Positions 26,412-50,814 of a stretch of DNA of 64,000 bases are shown here, one piece after another. The DNA is from Blastocystis sp. Blastoise (Eukaryota > Protista > Bigyra: Opalinata), in the NCBI GenBank assembly GCA_039096225.1, contig JBBPEB010000034.1, forward strand, positions 1,054,001 to 1,118,000, in the 5' to 3' direction. Numbering within the stretch: position 1 is the first letter of the stretch; each line of letters begins with the position of its first letter. The notes under the pieces are model-generated. The model saw only the letters and a list, made by a program, of their open reading frames with translations, was not told where the DNA came from and made no database searches. Both the position numbers and the translations under genes were made by a program.

Positions 26412-28732
26412 ATGAATCGATCTGAACAAGCTAAAGAGTTGGTGTCTGATTATCAGAATGCTGTGGTTAATTTAAAACGTTTTTTGTTGGATCCAATAGA
26501 GAACGATGACGATGGTCGATTCCCAACATTTACTTCAGATGTTAAAGAGAAGATTGAGAATTATATTACAGAAGCTAAGAGATTATTGGATAAATTAGTG
26601 AGCCTTTCGGAGAATTTCATTTCTCGAATTCACAATGAAAAGAGTGAAGTTCAACGTCAATTCTCTGATTATTCTTCTCAATTAGATTCTATTGTGAATT
26701 CGATTGTTAATGAGATCCAGCCATGTGATATTGAAGAAGCAGAATCTAAAGTTCCAGAAACTCAATGTTATTTCGTTTTAGGTGAAAAGACTGAGATTTT
26801 AATTGATCCAGAAGAACTTAAATACTTTCGTGGTACTTTACTTTATGAATTATATAGTAGTCAGAATTCTATTCATGATGGTAAAATATATATTCCTGAA
26901 GTTAAGAATCCTGAGATTATAAAAGATATATATGAGAATGGTTATTATGATTTTAATACTTTGAATGAAAAGCAGAAGTTTTCTTTAATTAGTGATTTAG
27001 AAAATCTTCGTTTTCCTTTTCGAAAAGATTATTCATTCTTTGGTGATTCTTCTCATATATTTGCAAATGTAATGAATAGAAATGATGAAACAATTCTTAT
27101 TAATGGTGAAGAATCTCATGTATATAAAGAATATATACATCAACATAATGTTTTTAAACAAGTTTGTAAAAAGAACTCTAATTGTTTAGATTCTGATAAT
27201 TGGACGATACATATATTAACATCTACACCTTTAGTTTATATAGAACAATATATTAAAGGAAATATTGGTTATTGGAATGAAACATCTTCTATTAATTATC
27301 AAAAAAAAGAATTATTATCTGAAATATTATCTTTAACAAAAGATGCTTTTATTCATGATTTAGATGTACTATGTATAGAATATAATAAGAAAGAATTAGA
27401 AAACTCTTTTCATAATGTTCATTTCTCAAAATTATTAACTCAACAACGATATGATTCTTTAGTAGATTGGACTAAAAAAGAATGGCAACTTAGTTATTCG
27501 TATATATAGATATATTATATGAATTATATTATTCTATTTTATAAGGTAGTTTTATCATATTACATTCATTGTTAATTATAGTTTTTATATTATTTTTGTT
27601 TTGCTTTTCTAATTAATAGTGTTTATAGGAATATTTTTTTATTTGTTATAGTACTTTATATGATATTATTATATTTTATCATTATTATATCATTATTATT
27701 ATTATATTAATTATATTATATTAATTATATTATATTATATCATTATTATATCATTATTATATTATATTAATTATATTATATTAATTATATTATATTATAT
27801 CATTATTATATCATTATTATATTATATTATATTATTATTTATATAATCTTTATATATGAATAGACTTTTTTTATCTATATATATAGTTTTTTCTCTAAAA
27901 ATCCTATTGAAAATTAATTTATAAATTATATTCTATTATTACTAGAATTCTATTATATATAGTGATTTCTTAAGTAATTTGGATGCAGCAGCATTTCATG
28001 AGCGATTTAATAACAAAGAAATTATTATTCTTCTATATGCATTATTTAATGACGATGGGTTTACTGCTGAAGAAATGGAAAATTTGAATTATTTAAAAGA
28101 TAAAGATGATAATAGCAGTGAAAATACCATCTCAACACAGAAATATCATACCTTTGGCGCTTATACAAGTGTAGGTTTTAAATATCCTTATAATGAAACT
28201 GGTATATAGTATTCACTTTTATATATTTTTTAATAATTATTCATATAATTGATATATTATATTATATATATAATGTGATATAATATGAAATATATATAGT
28301 ATATCTGTTTATATGTTTTTATTACCTTGTAAACATTAATATTCTTGATTTTTTATAGATAATTACTTAATTCAAGATGATGAAGCATTCTTATTTACAT
28401 TCTTAGATAACAAAGAACCAAGATTATATACATATAATAAAGTATATCCTTATTATTGTTCTCAATGGGGTCCTAGTTTTCAAGGTTATTTTAGTCTTTT
28501 AAGATCAGGACAAGAAGAAGATTATGGTCAAAATATACTTGAAAAAGAATTACTTTCTGATACAGCAGGAATTAATATGAATGATATGTGGTCTGATTTA
28601 TGTGGTTATATTCCAGATTATAATAGACAAGAATATTATCTAAGAGATGTCTATATGGAAATCTTATCCTATGAAACACCACTTGAAACTCCTTTAAGTA
28701 GTATTAGCAGTTATAATCAAGAACTAAAGTAA
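26412..28732 (+). CDS. TLDc-domain protein with N-terminal coiled-coil and degenerate BTB-like region, 3 exons
   Basis: KLLTQQRYDSLVDW..WQLSYS..DAAAFHERFNNK..HTFGAYTSVGF..IQDDEAFLFTF..WGPSF is the TLDc motif series. Introns ~27500-27962 and ~28203-28358. Stop 28730-28732. Confidence 0.8.
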
Positions 28733-29063
28733 TTCAATGACATGATATAAACTGTTCTAATTGATTTACTTGTTTAATTTAATCGAATAAAAAATGTATA
28801 TGATATTTGTGAATTTCCTTTATTTTCTCTGCTATTACATACACTAGAGGATACGTTCAAACTAGATTCTTTACATATTTATCACATTTTCAATTACCAC
28901 ATAATCTAATTGTTGCTTTTCGAATAAAAAGAATCATTTGTTTTGTATCTGTATGTATTTTTAAACACAACAAGTTATTTCTTTTATTTTTAATTCAACA
29001 AGATCAAAAGATTGAAAAGAAAACAAAAAGACAGAAATGAAATTCTGATAACCCACCAAATTC

Positions 29064-29074
29064 TTCCGCCAAAA
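29064..29074 (-). promoter_or_regulatory. E2F-like site TTTTGGCGGAA, probably the displaced Cdc6 promoter element
   Basis: Matches TTTSSCGS, with a degenerate second copy at 29052-29060. Lies ~36 bp from the Cdc6 ATG once the hAT element is removed in silico. Confidence 0.55.
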
Positions 29075-29089
29075 TTGTTCTTTTTATTG

Positions 29090-29097
29090 TTTGCGTA
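29090..29097. repeat. Left 8-bp target-site duplication TTTGCGTA
   Basis: Identical to 45965-45972 and abuts the left TIR. Confidence 0.88.
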
Positions 29098-30017
29098 CAG
29101 CGACTTCCAAAAGGCCCTTTTTTTTTGCGGCGTCGCAATTGTCAGCAAAATTTGTGACACAAAAATGAAAAATGATAAATAACTTTTTTGTTTTTAATTT
29201 TAAAAATATAAAAAAAATATTTTCAAACTCAGCTCATCAAGACACGTCGATTTACACACTTTTCATGAAAAAAGGACCGGGTGACATAAAAAAGACAATT
29301 CATTCATTGACTATTATATTATGACGTGACAGTTTTTGACTAAAAACGTATTATTTTGATATATAATGTATGACTATTTGAAAATAAGTCAAATAAAATA
29401 TTTTTTGTGACACATGTTGTGACAGATACATGACTGAAAAGTATATAAGTCATCAAATAACAACAAGTATGATTCCTATGTTTGACTATTCGTGTTAAGT
29501 TGGGTGACAAATAAAAATATTTTGTGACAATAGTCAATTGTTTATATACTTTTTTTTAAGCTATTTCAAATAGTATTATTTATGTGTTATAATGAATAAT
29601 ATTGTCAATAAACTCTAAAATAATATTATAAAAAATAATAATGTAATTAAAAAGTTTTTGTTTTTGTTAAATATCACGAAGTAGTCTTGTAGGGACTCTA
29701 CAGATACACCCTGACTAGTAATAAAAAAAATAAACGAAAAGCATATTAAAATAATTATTTTCAAAAACCAAACAAAAAACAACAGTATGAACAAAAGTCA
29801 GATTTTTAAAAACAATACTTCAGACAAAATGTTTTTTAATAGCCTTTAAAAATGGTTTTAAAATGTATTTTACATGTAGAATAAGTCACACAACACATTT
29901 ATAATATTTATATTGTAAAATATATTATTTTTATGTTTAAAAAGGGAAAAATAAAAAAAGGTTAGTAGTCACTGGTTTTATAATTATTATATGACTTGAT
30001 GATAAATATTATATAAA

Positions 30018-30092
30018 GGGTATTTGGTCGAATGGTTTATGCGCATAAAATTTTTACATGGTCGACGGATCGATCCTTATAGGGGACATTTT
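30018..30092 (+). pseudogene. Degenerate tRNA-derived module with Pol III A/B boxes
   Basis: A-box TGGTCGAATGG 30025-30035, B-box-like GGATCGATCC 30067-30076, then GGGGACATTTT. Cloverleaf stems do not pair. Confidence 0.55.
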
Positions 30093-30350
30093 CTTTTAAA
30101 TTTTTTTGACAACTATTTATAATGATTCAATCAACTCTGTGTCATTTTTAGTATTTAAAAAACGTTTACATCACTGAGGTGTTCTTTTTGAGTTCATTAT
30201 CACCACATCAATAGACAATTTATTTTCAAAAATTAATAATTTCTATTTAATAGTTATTCTAAGCATGTCTATACTGACATAAATATTATGAAAGATAATG
30301 AATATAAAAATTTGAAGATTTAGCTATATTTAAATTTATTATTATTATAT

Positions 30351-33218
30351 ATATTAATTTAGCAGCCTAACTGAGCCGTTTCAAAAATTTCAAATGGCTG
30401 TAACTTTGGTGCATTTTATTGTAACGGCAAGATTTTTTGTAATTTACAAGATATTTATGACAAAAATCGATACTCAAAATTTGATTGGTCAATTTTGAAA
30501 ATCCAAGGAGAAAATCGTCTTTTAAGAAAAAAGAATATTCGACATAAACAGTTTTGTGGAGCCATTAAAAATTGTGTTTTGGTGCATCCAATTATATTTA
30601 TCTTACTTTTTCATTCATTATACTTACTTTTGTGATTTATAATTTATATTGATAAAAGAGTCTTTTTTATATTTATTTTATTTATTACTCATCTATATTA
30701 GTTAAACTCGATTCATAATTTTTTTTTTGCAAAAATAATAAATTTTGACGAAGTTATTAAAATAAAAGTAAAAAACATAAAAATAAAATGAAAAAATCAA
30801 CATATTTATTTTTGTGATTCGTCGTTCTCACTCATTAATAACTTTTTAATTAAAATAAATTTATTTTTGTATTAATATGATGTTAAACTAAATTCATTTT
30901 TTTTATTTTGTCAAAACTCACACTTTTAATATTTGGATGTACAACTTTTGTTCTTATTTTCTTTTGAAACGGTATTTATGAGTATTATACAAGTGTGATA
31001 TCTAAATCAAAACAAGAATTTCTTAATATAAATTCAAGTTCACTGTATGTTGTTACAGATTTGTTTTTCATTTTGTTTAATAACATTATACTTGAATGTA
31101 TTGACCCTTAATATAGTCATAAAAGTTGTATTTCTTAATTTTTAAATCTTTTAAACTCATTTTACAAATAATTCCTTTTTTTCATTTATTTAAAATAAGG
31201 GATTCAATATATTAAGTACATTTTATTACACTACTGGCACAATAGTATAACATATCAAAACAACAGAAGAAATAAAAAAGGTCGAGTGTATCTCGAAATG
31301 TTAAAGTCTATTTAAACAATTTAATTTTGTATTATTTCTGTGTATATGGTCATGTAATACTCAGATATAAAATATTGGTCTTAAATAGTGATATTATTTT
31401 TTATAATGTGAAAAAACACCAAATAATGTCAACTCAATAAACTTTAAAATGTTTCAATTACTATATATAAACATTCATAAACACTATACATCACTCATTC
31501 ACAAAAGTTAAGACAACATGTTAAACTGATACTGACAATGTTTGCTTTAAAAAGTTAGTTATGAGTCACTATGAGTATAAAATGTTATAAATAAGCTTTA
31601 AATAAATAAATTTGTTTTTAATTGTCTTTAATTAGTGAAATAAATCGTTTAAAAAAAGAAAACATTTTTGACACTATAGTTTATTTTGACAATTTTTCCA
31701 TCAATATTAATTTTTAAAAAATAAATAAAACTTATATATAAACTAGACAACCTATAGTTTATATATTTATAAAAATATTATCAAAATATAAAATAACTTT
31801 TGAGATAAAAAATTATATATGCAAAACATAAAAAAATTATTTTTTGAAAAAAGGATATACTTTATAACATTAATTTCTCAGTCAATATTTAATTATTTTA
31901 AATAATTTTAACAAATTAATATAGAGAATAATATATATTAACGATATAAATTTTAACATTTAAAATTAATTAAGAAATGAGTTCAGTAGAGTCAATAGTA
32001 TAACATGTTAAAAAACTGAAAATTGAAAAATCGTTTTTCTAAAAATTTTCTGAAAGTTGACAAATCAAATTCATATTTTACAACTATTTTTTATATATTT
32101 GAAGACTAGACCTTATATGTATTGCATATCTCAAAATAATAGTCAAAATTGGGTTAGACGAGTGTATGAGTATATGCACATGTTGACTCAAAATTTTATA
32201 AAAAGTAGTTCAATGTGTCCTAAATCACATATCATGACAATTATAAAAATATTATTACTTTATAATGAGTTTAAAGTGTAAAATAATTTTGAATTGTCTG
32301 TTTGACTGTCTTAAGTGAAGAGATTCAATACACTTTTTATAAAAATGAGTATTAGAGTGTTTAATGTTTATAATAATAAAAGAATTGTTTGAAATAAAGG
32401 TGGTTGTGTGTTTGACCAAAATGTTAAAATGAGTCTATTTTTAAAAAATGGTTAGAATAAGAAAGTATTGAGTGTTTTTGGAGTATTTTATATTAAAATC
32501 TACAATAAATAAACATTTTAAGTTGTTTAAAAATTTGATTCTTTAGAATTACAATAGTTAAGTCAAGAGATTCAAGTCACTTTTTATAAAAATAATAAAT
32601 AGACTTATTATAGAATATAAAATATTAAAAATTAGTTTAATTAAATGTAGTTGACTGTTTGATAGGAATGTTAAAATGGGTAAAAAGATTTTAATTGTTT
32701 CTAAAACCGTATAATACGTTTATTTATGACTAAATACAAAACTATTATAGTTTAAAGAATGTTTTTTGTCTTTCAAAAGAACTCATTTTTTGTAATTGTG
32801 ACTTTAAACAAAAGAGATTCAAGTTATTTTTTATAAATAAATATAACAAATTAAATATATATGTATATGAATATAAAATTAGTTAAAATAAAAGTGAGTA
32901 TATGTATTTAAAAATGTTATAGTCTTTTAGAGTTTTTTTAAAATGACTAATTTGTTTTATAAACGATATTTTATATCAATAATAAAAGTTTTCAAAGTAC
33001 TAAATATATTTATTTATGAAATGTAGTGTATTCTTTGATTAATATTTTAGTTTTTAGTTTTTATTTAATGAAATAGTCATTAATGTTATTATTAAATTTT
33101 AATTTATTATGAACTATTAATTTAAAATAATGAAAAGATATTTTTTTATAAAACTATTTTTTTATTCTTATCTAGATTCAAGCGTAGGCTGGCGTAGCCA
33201 GTCGTGAAACGCTTGTAT
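30351..33218 (+). mobile_element. Non-autonomous Helentron/Helitron2-like element, copy A (~2.87 kb)
   Basis: 5' ATTAATTTAG-CAGCCTA plus a nearby AGCCGTTT..AAATGGCT palindrome. 3' TAGGCTG sub-terminal inverted repeat, hairpin GGCTGGC-GTA-GCCAGTC, 8-nt spacer, CTTGT end. No long TIR or TSD, no real ORF. Boundaries uncertain by a few bp because of TA context. Confidence 0.8.
32320..33030 (+). repeat. Degenerate 247-bp tandem repeat (x3) inside the Helentron-like element
   Basis: GAGATTCAA..TTTTATAAA begins at 32320, 32567 and 32814. AATGTTA recurs in each unit. Also present in copies B and C. Confidence 0.75.
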
Positions 33219-36090
33219 ATATTAATTTAGCAGCCTAACTGAGCCGTTTCAAAAATTTCAAATGGCTGTAACTTTGGTGCATTTTATTGTAACGGCAAGA
33301 TTTTTTGTAATTTACAAGATACTTATGACAAAAATCGATACTCAAAATTTGATTGGTCAATTTTGAAAATCCAAGGAGAAAATCGTCTTTTAAGAAAAAA
33401 GAATATTCGACATAAACAGTTTTGTGGAGCTATTAAAAATTGTGTTTTGGTGCATCCAATTATATTTATCTTACTTTTTCATTCATTATACTTAGTTTTG
33501 TGATTTATAATTTATATTGATAAAAGAGTCTTTTTTATATTTATTTTATTTATTACTCATCTATATTAGTTAAACTCGATTCATAATTTTTTTTTTGCAA
33601 AAATAATAAATTTTGACGAAGTTATTAAAATAAAAGTAAAAAACATAAAAATAAAATGAAAAAATCAACATATTTATTTTTGTGATTCGTCGTTCTCACT
33701 CATTAATAACTTTTAAATTAAAATAAATTTATTTTTGTATTAATATGATGTTAAACTAAATTCATTTTTTTTATTTTGTCAAAACTCACACTTTTAATAA
33801 TTGGATGTACAACTTTTGTTCTTATTTTCTTTTGAAACGGTATTTATGAGTATTATACAAGTGTGATATCTAAATCAAAACAAGAATTTCTTAATATAAA
33901 TTCAAGTTCACTGTATGTTGTTACAGATTTGTTTTTCATTTTGTTTAATAACATGATACTTGAATGTATTGACCCTTAATATAGTCATAATAGTTGTATT
34001 TTTAAATTTTTAAATCTTTTTAAACCCACTTTACAAATAATTCCTTTTTTTCGTTTATTTAAAATAAGAGATTCAATATATTAAGTACATTTTATCACAC
34101 TACTGACACAATAGTATAACATATCAAAACAACAGACGAAATAAAAAAGGTCGAGTGTATCTCGAAATGTTAAAGTCTATTTAAATAATTTAATTTTGTA
34201 TTATTTCTGTGTATATGATCATGTAATACTCAGATTTAAAGTATTGGTATTAAATAATGATATTATTTTTTATAATGTGAAAAAACACCAAATAATGTCA
34301 ACTCAATAAACTTTAAAATGTTTCAATTACTATATATAAACATTCATAAACACTATACATCACTCATTCACAAAAGTTAAGACAACATGTTGAACTGATA
34401 CTGACAATGTTTGTCTTAAAAAGTTAGTTATGAGTCTTTATGAGTTGTATATGTCATAAATAAGCTTAAAATAAATAAATTTGTTTTTAATTGTCTTTAA
34501 TTAGTGAAATAAGTCGTTTAAAAAGAAGAAAGCATTTTTGATACTATAGTTTATTTTGACAATTTCTCCATCAATATTTATTTTTAAAAAATAAATAAAA
34601 CTTATATATAAACTAGACAACCTATAGTTTATATATTTATAAAAATATTATCAAAATATAAAATAACTTTTGAAATAAAAAATTATATATGCAAAACATA
34701 AAAAAATTAATTTTTGGAAAAAGGGTATACTTTATAACATTAATTTCTCAGTCAATATTTAATTATTTAATATAATTTTAGCAAATATATATAGAGAATA
34801 ATATATATTAACGATATAAATTTTAACATTTAAAATTAATTAAGAAATGAGTTCAGTAGAGTCAATAGTATAACATGTTAAAAAACTGAAAATTGAAAAA
34901 TCATTTTTCTAAAAATTTTCCAAAAGTTGACAAATCAAATTCATATTTGACAAATAATTTTTATATATTTGATAACTAGACCTCATATGTATTGCAAATC
35001 TCAAAAAAATGGTCAAAATTGGGTTAGACGAGTGAATGATATATATATGCACATGTTGACTCATAATTTTGTAAAAAGTAGTTAAATGTGTCCTAAACCA
35101 CATATTAGGGCAATTGTATAAATATTATCACTTTATAATGAGTTTAAAGGGTAAAATAATTTTGAATTGTCTGTTTGACTGTCTTAAGTTAAGAGATTCA
35201 AGTCGCTTTTTATAAAAATGAGTATTAGAGTGTTTAATGTTTATAATAATAAAAGAATTGTTTGAAATAAAGGTGGTTGTGTGTTTAACCAAAATGTTAA
35301 AATGAGTCTATTTTTTTAAAATGGTTGTAATAAGTATGTATAATGTGTTTTATGAGTGTTTTATATTAAAATTTACAATAAATAAATAATTTAAGTTGTT
35401 CAAAAAAATATTTTTTTAATTACAATAGTTAAGTCAAGAGATTCAAGTCACTTTTTATTAAAATAATAAATAGAGTCATAATAGAATATAAAATATTAAA
35501 AATTGATTTAATTAAATGTGGTTGACTGTTTGATAGGAATGTTAAAATGGGTAAAAAGATTTTAATTGTTTCTAAAACAGTATAATACGTTTTTTTGTCA
35601 CTAAATAAAAGAATATTATTGTTTAAAGAATGTTTTTTATCTTTTAAAAGAACTCATTTTTTTGTAATTGTGACTTTAAATAAAAGAGATTCAAATTATT
35701 CTTTATAAATTAAAATAATAAATTAAATATATGTATATATTAGCATAAAATTAATTTTAATAAAAGTAGATATGTATATTTCAAAATGTTAAAGTTTTTT
35801 AGAGTTTTTTAAAAATAACTTCTTTATTGTATAGACTATATTTTATGTACAATAATAAACGTTTTTAAAGTATTTAAACATATTTAGTTATGAAATGTAG
35901 TGTAATCTTCGTTTTATATTTTAATTCTTAGTTTTTATTTTATTAAATGGTTGTTAATAATATTATTAAATTTGAATTTATTATGAACTATTAATTTAAA
36001 ATAATGCAAAGATATTTTTTTTACAAAGTTTTTTTATTTTTATTTAGATTCAAGCGTAGGCTGGCGTAGCCAGTCGTGAAACGCTTGTAT
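33219..36090 (+). mobile_element. Helentron/Helitron2-like element, copy B, head-to-tail with copy A
   Basis: Junction ..GAAACGCTTGTAT|ATATTAATTTAGCAGCC at 33218/33219. Same termini as A, near-identical to C. Confidence 0.82.
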
Positions 36091-36113
36091 ATATTATATA
36101 AAAACAAAAAATT

Positions 36114-36195
36114 GAGAGAATTGTTGGTATAGTTGGTCAGCGCTATAGTTATAATGGTTATTGTCGCTGGTTCAAATCTTATTTGGGGCATTTTT
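36114..36195 (+). pseudogene. Second degenerate tRNA-derived module with Pol III A/B boxes
   Basis: A-box TGGTATAGTTGG 36125-36136, B-box GGTTCAAATC 36169-36178, then GGGGCATTTTT. Same layout as 30018-30092. Confidence 0.55.
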
Positions 36196-36859
36196 ATTTT
36201 TTTCATGTATTGTTTTATTTTTGAATTATAATAGTCAATATATTATTACTATTATAAGAATCTATATAAAATTCTTTGTTTTCAGAGGTTAATAAAATTA
36301 TAAAATTACTCTTTTTCTTTACAAAAAGTCTATTTGATTATCAATTAATTTATAAATATATTATATAGTTATTAGCATGAATTATTTAATTACAACATAT
36401 ATATTTAGATGTTACAGAGATAAAACAGTGCTATTTTAACACACTATGATTTCAATTAAATATATTTGTCAGTTATATTAATATATTAGTATTCTAATTA
36501 AGATATAAATGTCATGTAGAATAAAAATATATAATCAGTATAGTTATTTATTAAGATGAGATTCACAATTTATAAACATTTCTTGTGTAACATGTCTTAT
36601 TTAAATCGATTATAGATTATCATAAATGCAAAAATAAATAGATAATATCTGAAACGTTTTACAACCTATCATTAACATAATAAAGATTATATTTTTATAA
36701 AAAACTATTGTTGAATTATTTATACTTTATTATTCTATACTAGAAAAGTCATCTGTAAATCAACTCATCGAAATATCTGCAAAACAAGAAGAATATTATA
36801 TTAAATATGACATAGTACAATTTTAATAATATAATAGATAATATGTAAAAAATTAATCA

Positions 36860-44914
<8,055 letters not shown>

Positions 44915-45964
44915 ATTTAAATTCAAATCTTTCAGTCAAATACTAAAAATATTCTTAAAAATACATTTTTTATTCTTCAGTTTTTTTTGAGATATTCTAT
45001 TAAGATTATTAGTTTTAACGCGTCAGACAATACATTATTTACACAATTCTATTGTATCCCACTACTTTTAGCTTCTCAAAAATAACTCATTTTCTTTGAC
45101 TTTCTGATCTGTTTATATACTCGTCTAAAAACTACTGTTTTCAACTTCAAATGCTTTTCTATTACATAAAATTACTCTAATAGCAACTTTTAAAACGACT
45201 TTTATTTGATACTAAAAAATAACTGCTTAGTTTAAACTTCTGACAAAAGTTTTTGATGCGGAACCTTTAATTATACTAAAATATAATGTAAAAACTATTC
45301 TAAAATCTTTTTGTGCTTTGATATATAACAAAATATAAACAGACTCAGTTTTGGACAAGAAAATTATTCCCGTAAATACAAAAGAATCAAAACTCTGGTC
45401 TTTTATTCAGCCAAACAAATAGGCTCGGTTCATTCTTTCAGTGTAAAAAAATAATTTTTTGACTTTTTGACTTGGTTGTCGTTTTGACTCATAGATGTCA
45501 TTTTATTCACTTTTACACATATTTATGAATTTAAGAGGTCTTTCACTTTGAACAGAGCTATAAAAAATTCTAAAATATTGACCCCATTATTGTCAAAATG
45601 GCGACTTAGAATGAAACAGAAACGTTTTTGATATTGTATAACACTTTAGAATAATATAAAGATGTCAATTCATTGATAAAATATGCTTAATAGTTTTTTT
45701 GAGTCTAAATCATTAATCTACATAAAAGTTTCCTGAAATATTCTTCTTTTGTATTCAAGTCTTTTATTTATTGAATTATTATTGATTAAAAATGTTCTTA
45801 TGCAAAAATAAGCCATGAAAAAGCTTTAAATAGTCAAAAGTACCTATCAGTGAGAGAAATCACAATCTGGCTTCAGTTTATCGAATTCAGCCGAATTAAG
45901 CATGGCTGAAAAAAGTGTCACAAAAGTGTCGCCGCAAGTGTCACAGACACTCGGGAAGGCACTG

Positions 45965-45972
45965 TTTGCGTA
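45965..45972. repeat. Right 8-bp target-site duplication TTTGCGTA
   Basis: Immediately follows ..GGAAGGCACTG and is identical to 29090-29097. Confidence 0.88.
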
Positions 45973-45985
45973 ATATTCTTTTACA

Positions 45986-48525
<2,540 letters not shown>

Positions 48526-48904
48526 GAATATATTCACTATTTCTCTTTGTTTCTTTTTTTTATTTTTCATTTTTCAAAAAATTTTTTTTTTTTTCTCTTT
48601 TTGTTGTTTTATTTCTTTATGTCGATATTTATTGGGTTTTCTATCTTTGTTTGGTTCATAATTATAATATATTTACCATTAATAGAAAAAAACATTAAAA
48701 AAAAATAGAAATAGTAATAATGATTGTTTTGCTACAGAAGAAACAGTATATATAATCCTTTAAGAAAATGAAAAAAGAATAAAAATTTAAAAAATAATAA
48801 TAAAATCAAATTTATAATAGTAAATAATATTAAATACAAAATATATAAAATAAAATATTAAAAATAAAGAAATAAACAATTAAGAAATCGCTATAAAGAA
48901 TAGT

Positions 48905-49862
48905 TTACGAAGATTTATGTGTCCATCGATATAAGAACCAAATTAATAAAATTACAAGAAACATTCCGATTAATATAATATACTTATCTTCTTTTGATCT
49001 TCTTCCTGCCTTTGTTAAAATTCCTCCAGAAATTCCCAGTTTATTCGATAAACTTAATAGTTTTGTTCTTGCACCTTTTAAAATACCTCCCTGATCATGT
49101 AAATCACTTAAAATAGCACGACTTGTTTCTATATACTGATCTGCTAAAGATACAGTTCTCTTTAAAGCTTCATTCTCTTTTAATAATGCAGCATCCATTG
49201 CAATTTCCTTTATATAGAGAATAATATATAATAAATAGAGTATACTATTTTTATAATTACAAATAGAGTATATTATTTTTATTATAATAAATAGAGTATA
49301 TTATTCTTTATTTTAATAAATATGTTATATTATTCTTTATTTTAATAAATAGGTTAACTATTCTTTATAATAAATATGCTATATTTCTTTATTATAATAA
49401 ATATGTTATATAATTTTTTATTATAAAAAAAAAATAAATACTATATTCACATACTACATCGGCAGTTTTACCTTCCATAAGCTGTTCACGCTTTAATTGA
49501 GCCATCTTACGACTTTGTAACTTTGTAAAATTCGTTTTTAATTGAAAATAATCATCCTTAATTGGTTGAATTCGTCTAAATATATTAAATTATTATATTT
49601 AAAATGTATATTTACATGTTCATAACTATCAAAAAATATATATATGTATATACTTTGTCCAAAGTGCACGAGAATCAGGTCTTTCATTCTTGATACTATC
49701 AAATAACTCTTCAATTGATTTGAAATGAATAGTTAGTGCAGTCTCAAATTTCGTGAATCTTTCAAAAGTAGGTTTAGGGTCATTCTCTAAATCTTCAAAC
49801 TCACATTCGATCTCCATTGAACGAGATCTTGTTGCATTATATAAATCAGATATACCAGACAT
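48905..49862 (-). CDS. GOSR2: Membrin/Bos1/GOSR2-type Qb-SNARE, 3 exons
   Basis: N-terminal helical bundle, KREQLM, SNARE motif ADQYIETSRAILSDLHDQGGILKGARTKL..LGISGGIL..RRSKEDK, C-terminal TM. Confidence 0.85.
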
Positions 49863-50366
49863 AGCTACTTCTTTACTAATTATAATTTAATGTATATCAG
49901 GCAAGTTATTTGACAATAAGAAATTATTTAAATTTTCGCTGTTCCATACCAATTTTCTCAAGGAAATTTCAGTTGCTACTTCTGTTTTCAACATTTTTTT
50001 GTGTTTTTCAATCAATCAAAGTGTATTGTTTGTATTAATTTATGAAATAAACTATACATGTAATAATGACACAAAGATAAAAATATAATGGCATTATGAA
50101 AAATAAAATGAGAATAATATAATAAAAAGACTATTGTATTTGAATAATCATGTATTTAATTTGTTCGTAATAATGTTCGAGACAGTTCTATGTTAATGAT
50201 AAATTGATTTTTGTCTTTAAAAATATTAAATGAACGTTATTTTCAAAAAGGTTAGTTTATATTTTATTATTTTATATACAGTAATATCAAAATAAGAAAG
50301 CATTATGAGTTATATAAAAATATGCATTGATAGAATTAAAAGGAGAAAAATAAAGAATAATTCTCT

Positions 50367-50774
50367 TTAAAAAAATAATGTTTCATCAGCTACAAATACT
50401 TTTCCATCTTCATCACCAAATGTAAGATAATCTTTATAAGAACACATTGAAGTTATTCTATATATATATAAGATTATAAGAAATAGAAATACAATAGAAA
50501 AATAGTATTATTATTATATATATACGATAAAGGAGGAATTGTATCAATTTGTGTTACAGAAGTTGATGGATTTTCGAGTAATAACGAATATATACCATTA
50601 GTTGTACCTATCTATATATATATAATTTAAAATAGATTACAATTATTCTTATCAAATATATATATATACAAGTAAGGAGTTCTTATTAGATAATTTAGTT
50701 GTACATATTGGTATTGCATCCATTATAATATTCTATATATATATATATAAATTATTAATTATACTGAAACAAAC

Positions 50775-50814
<40 letters not shown>

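Noticed and set aside
29681-29720. TGTAGG-GAC-TCTACA hairpin followed by CTAG, resembling a canonical Helitron 3' end
   Set aside because: Weak 6-bp stem, single occurrence, no matching 5' end found.
30018-36195. Functional tRNA genes
   Set aside because: Acceptor and anticodon stems cannot be paired. Only the A/B boxes remain.
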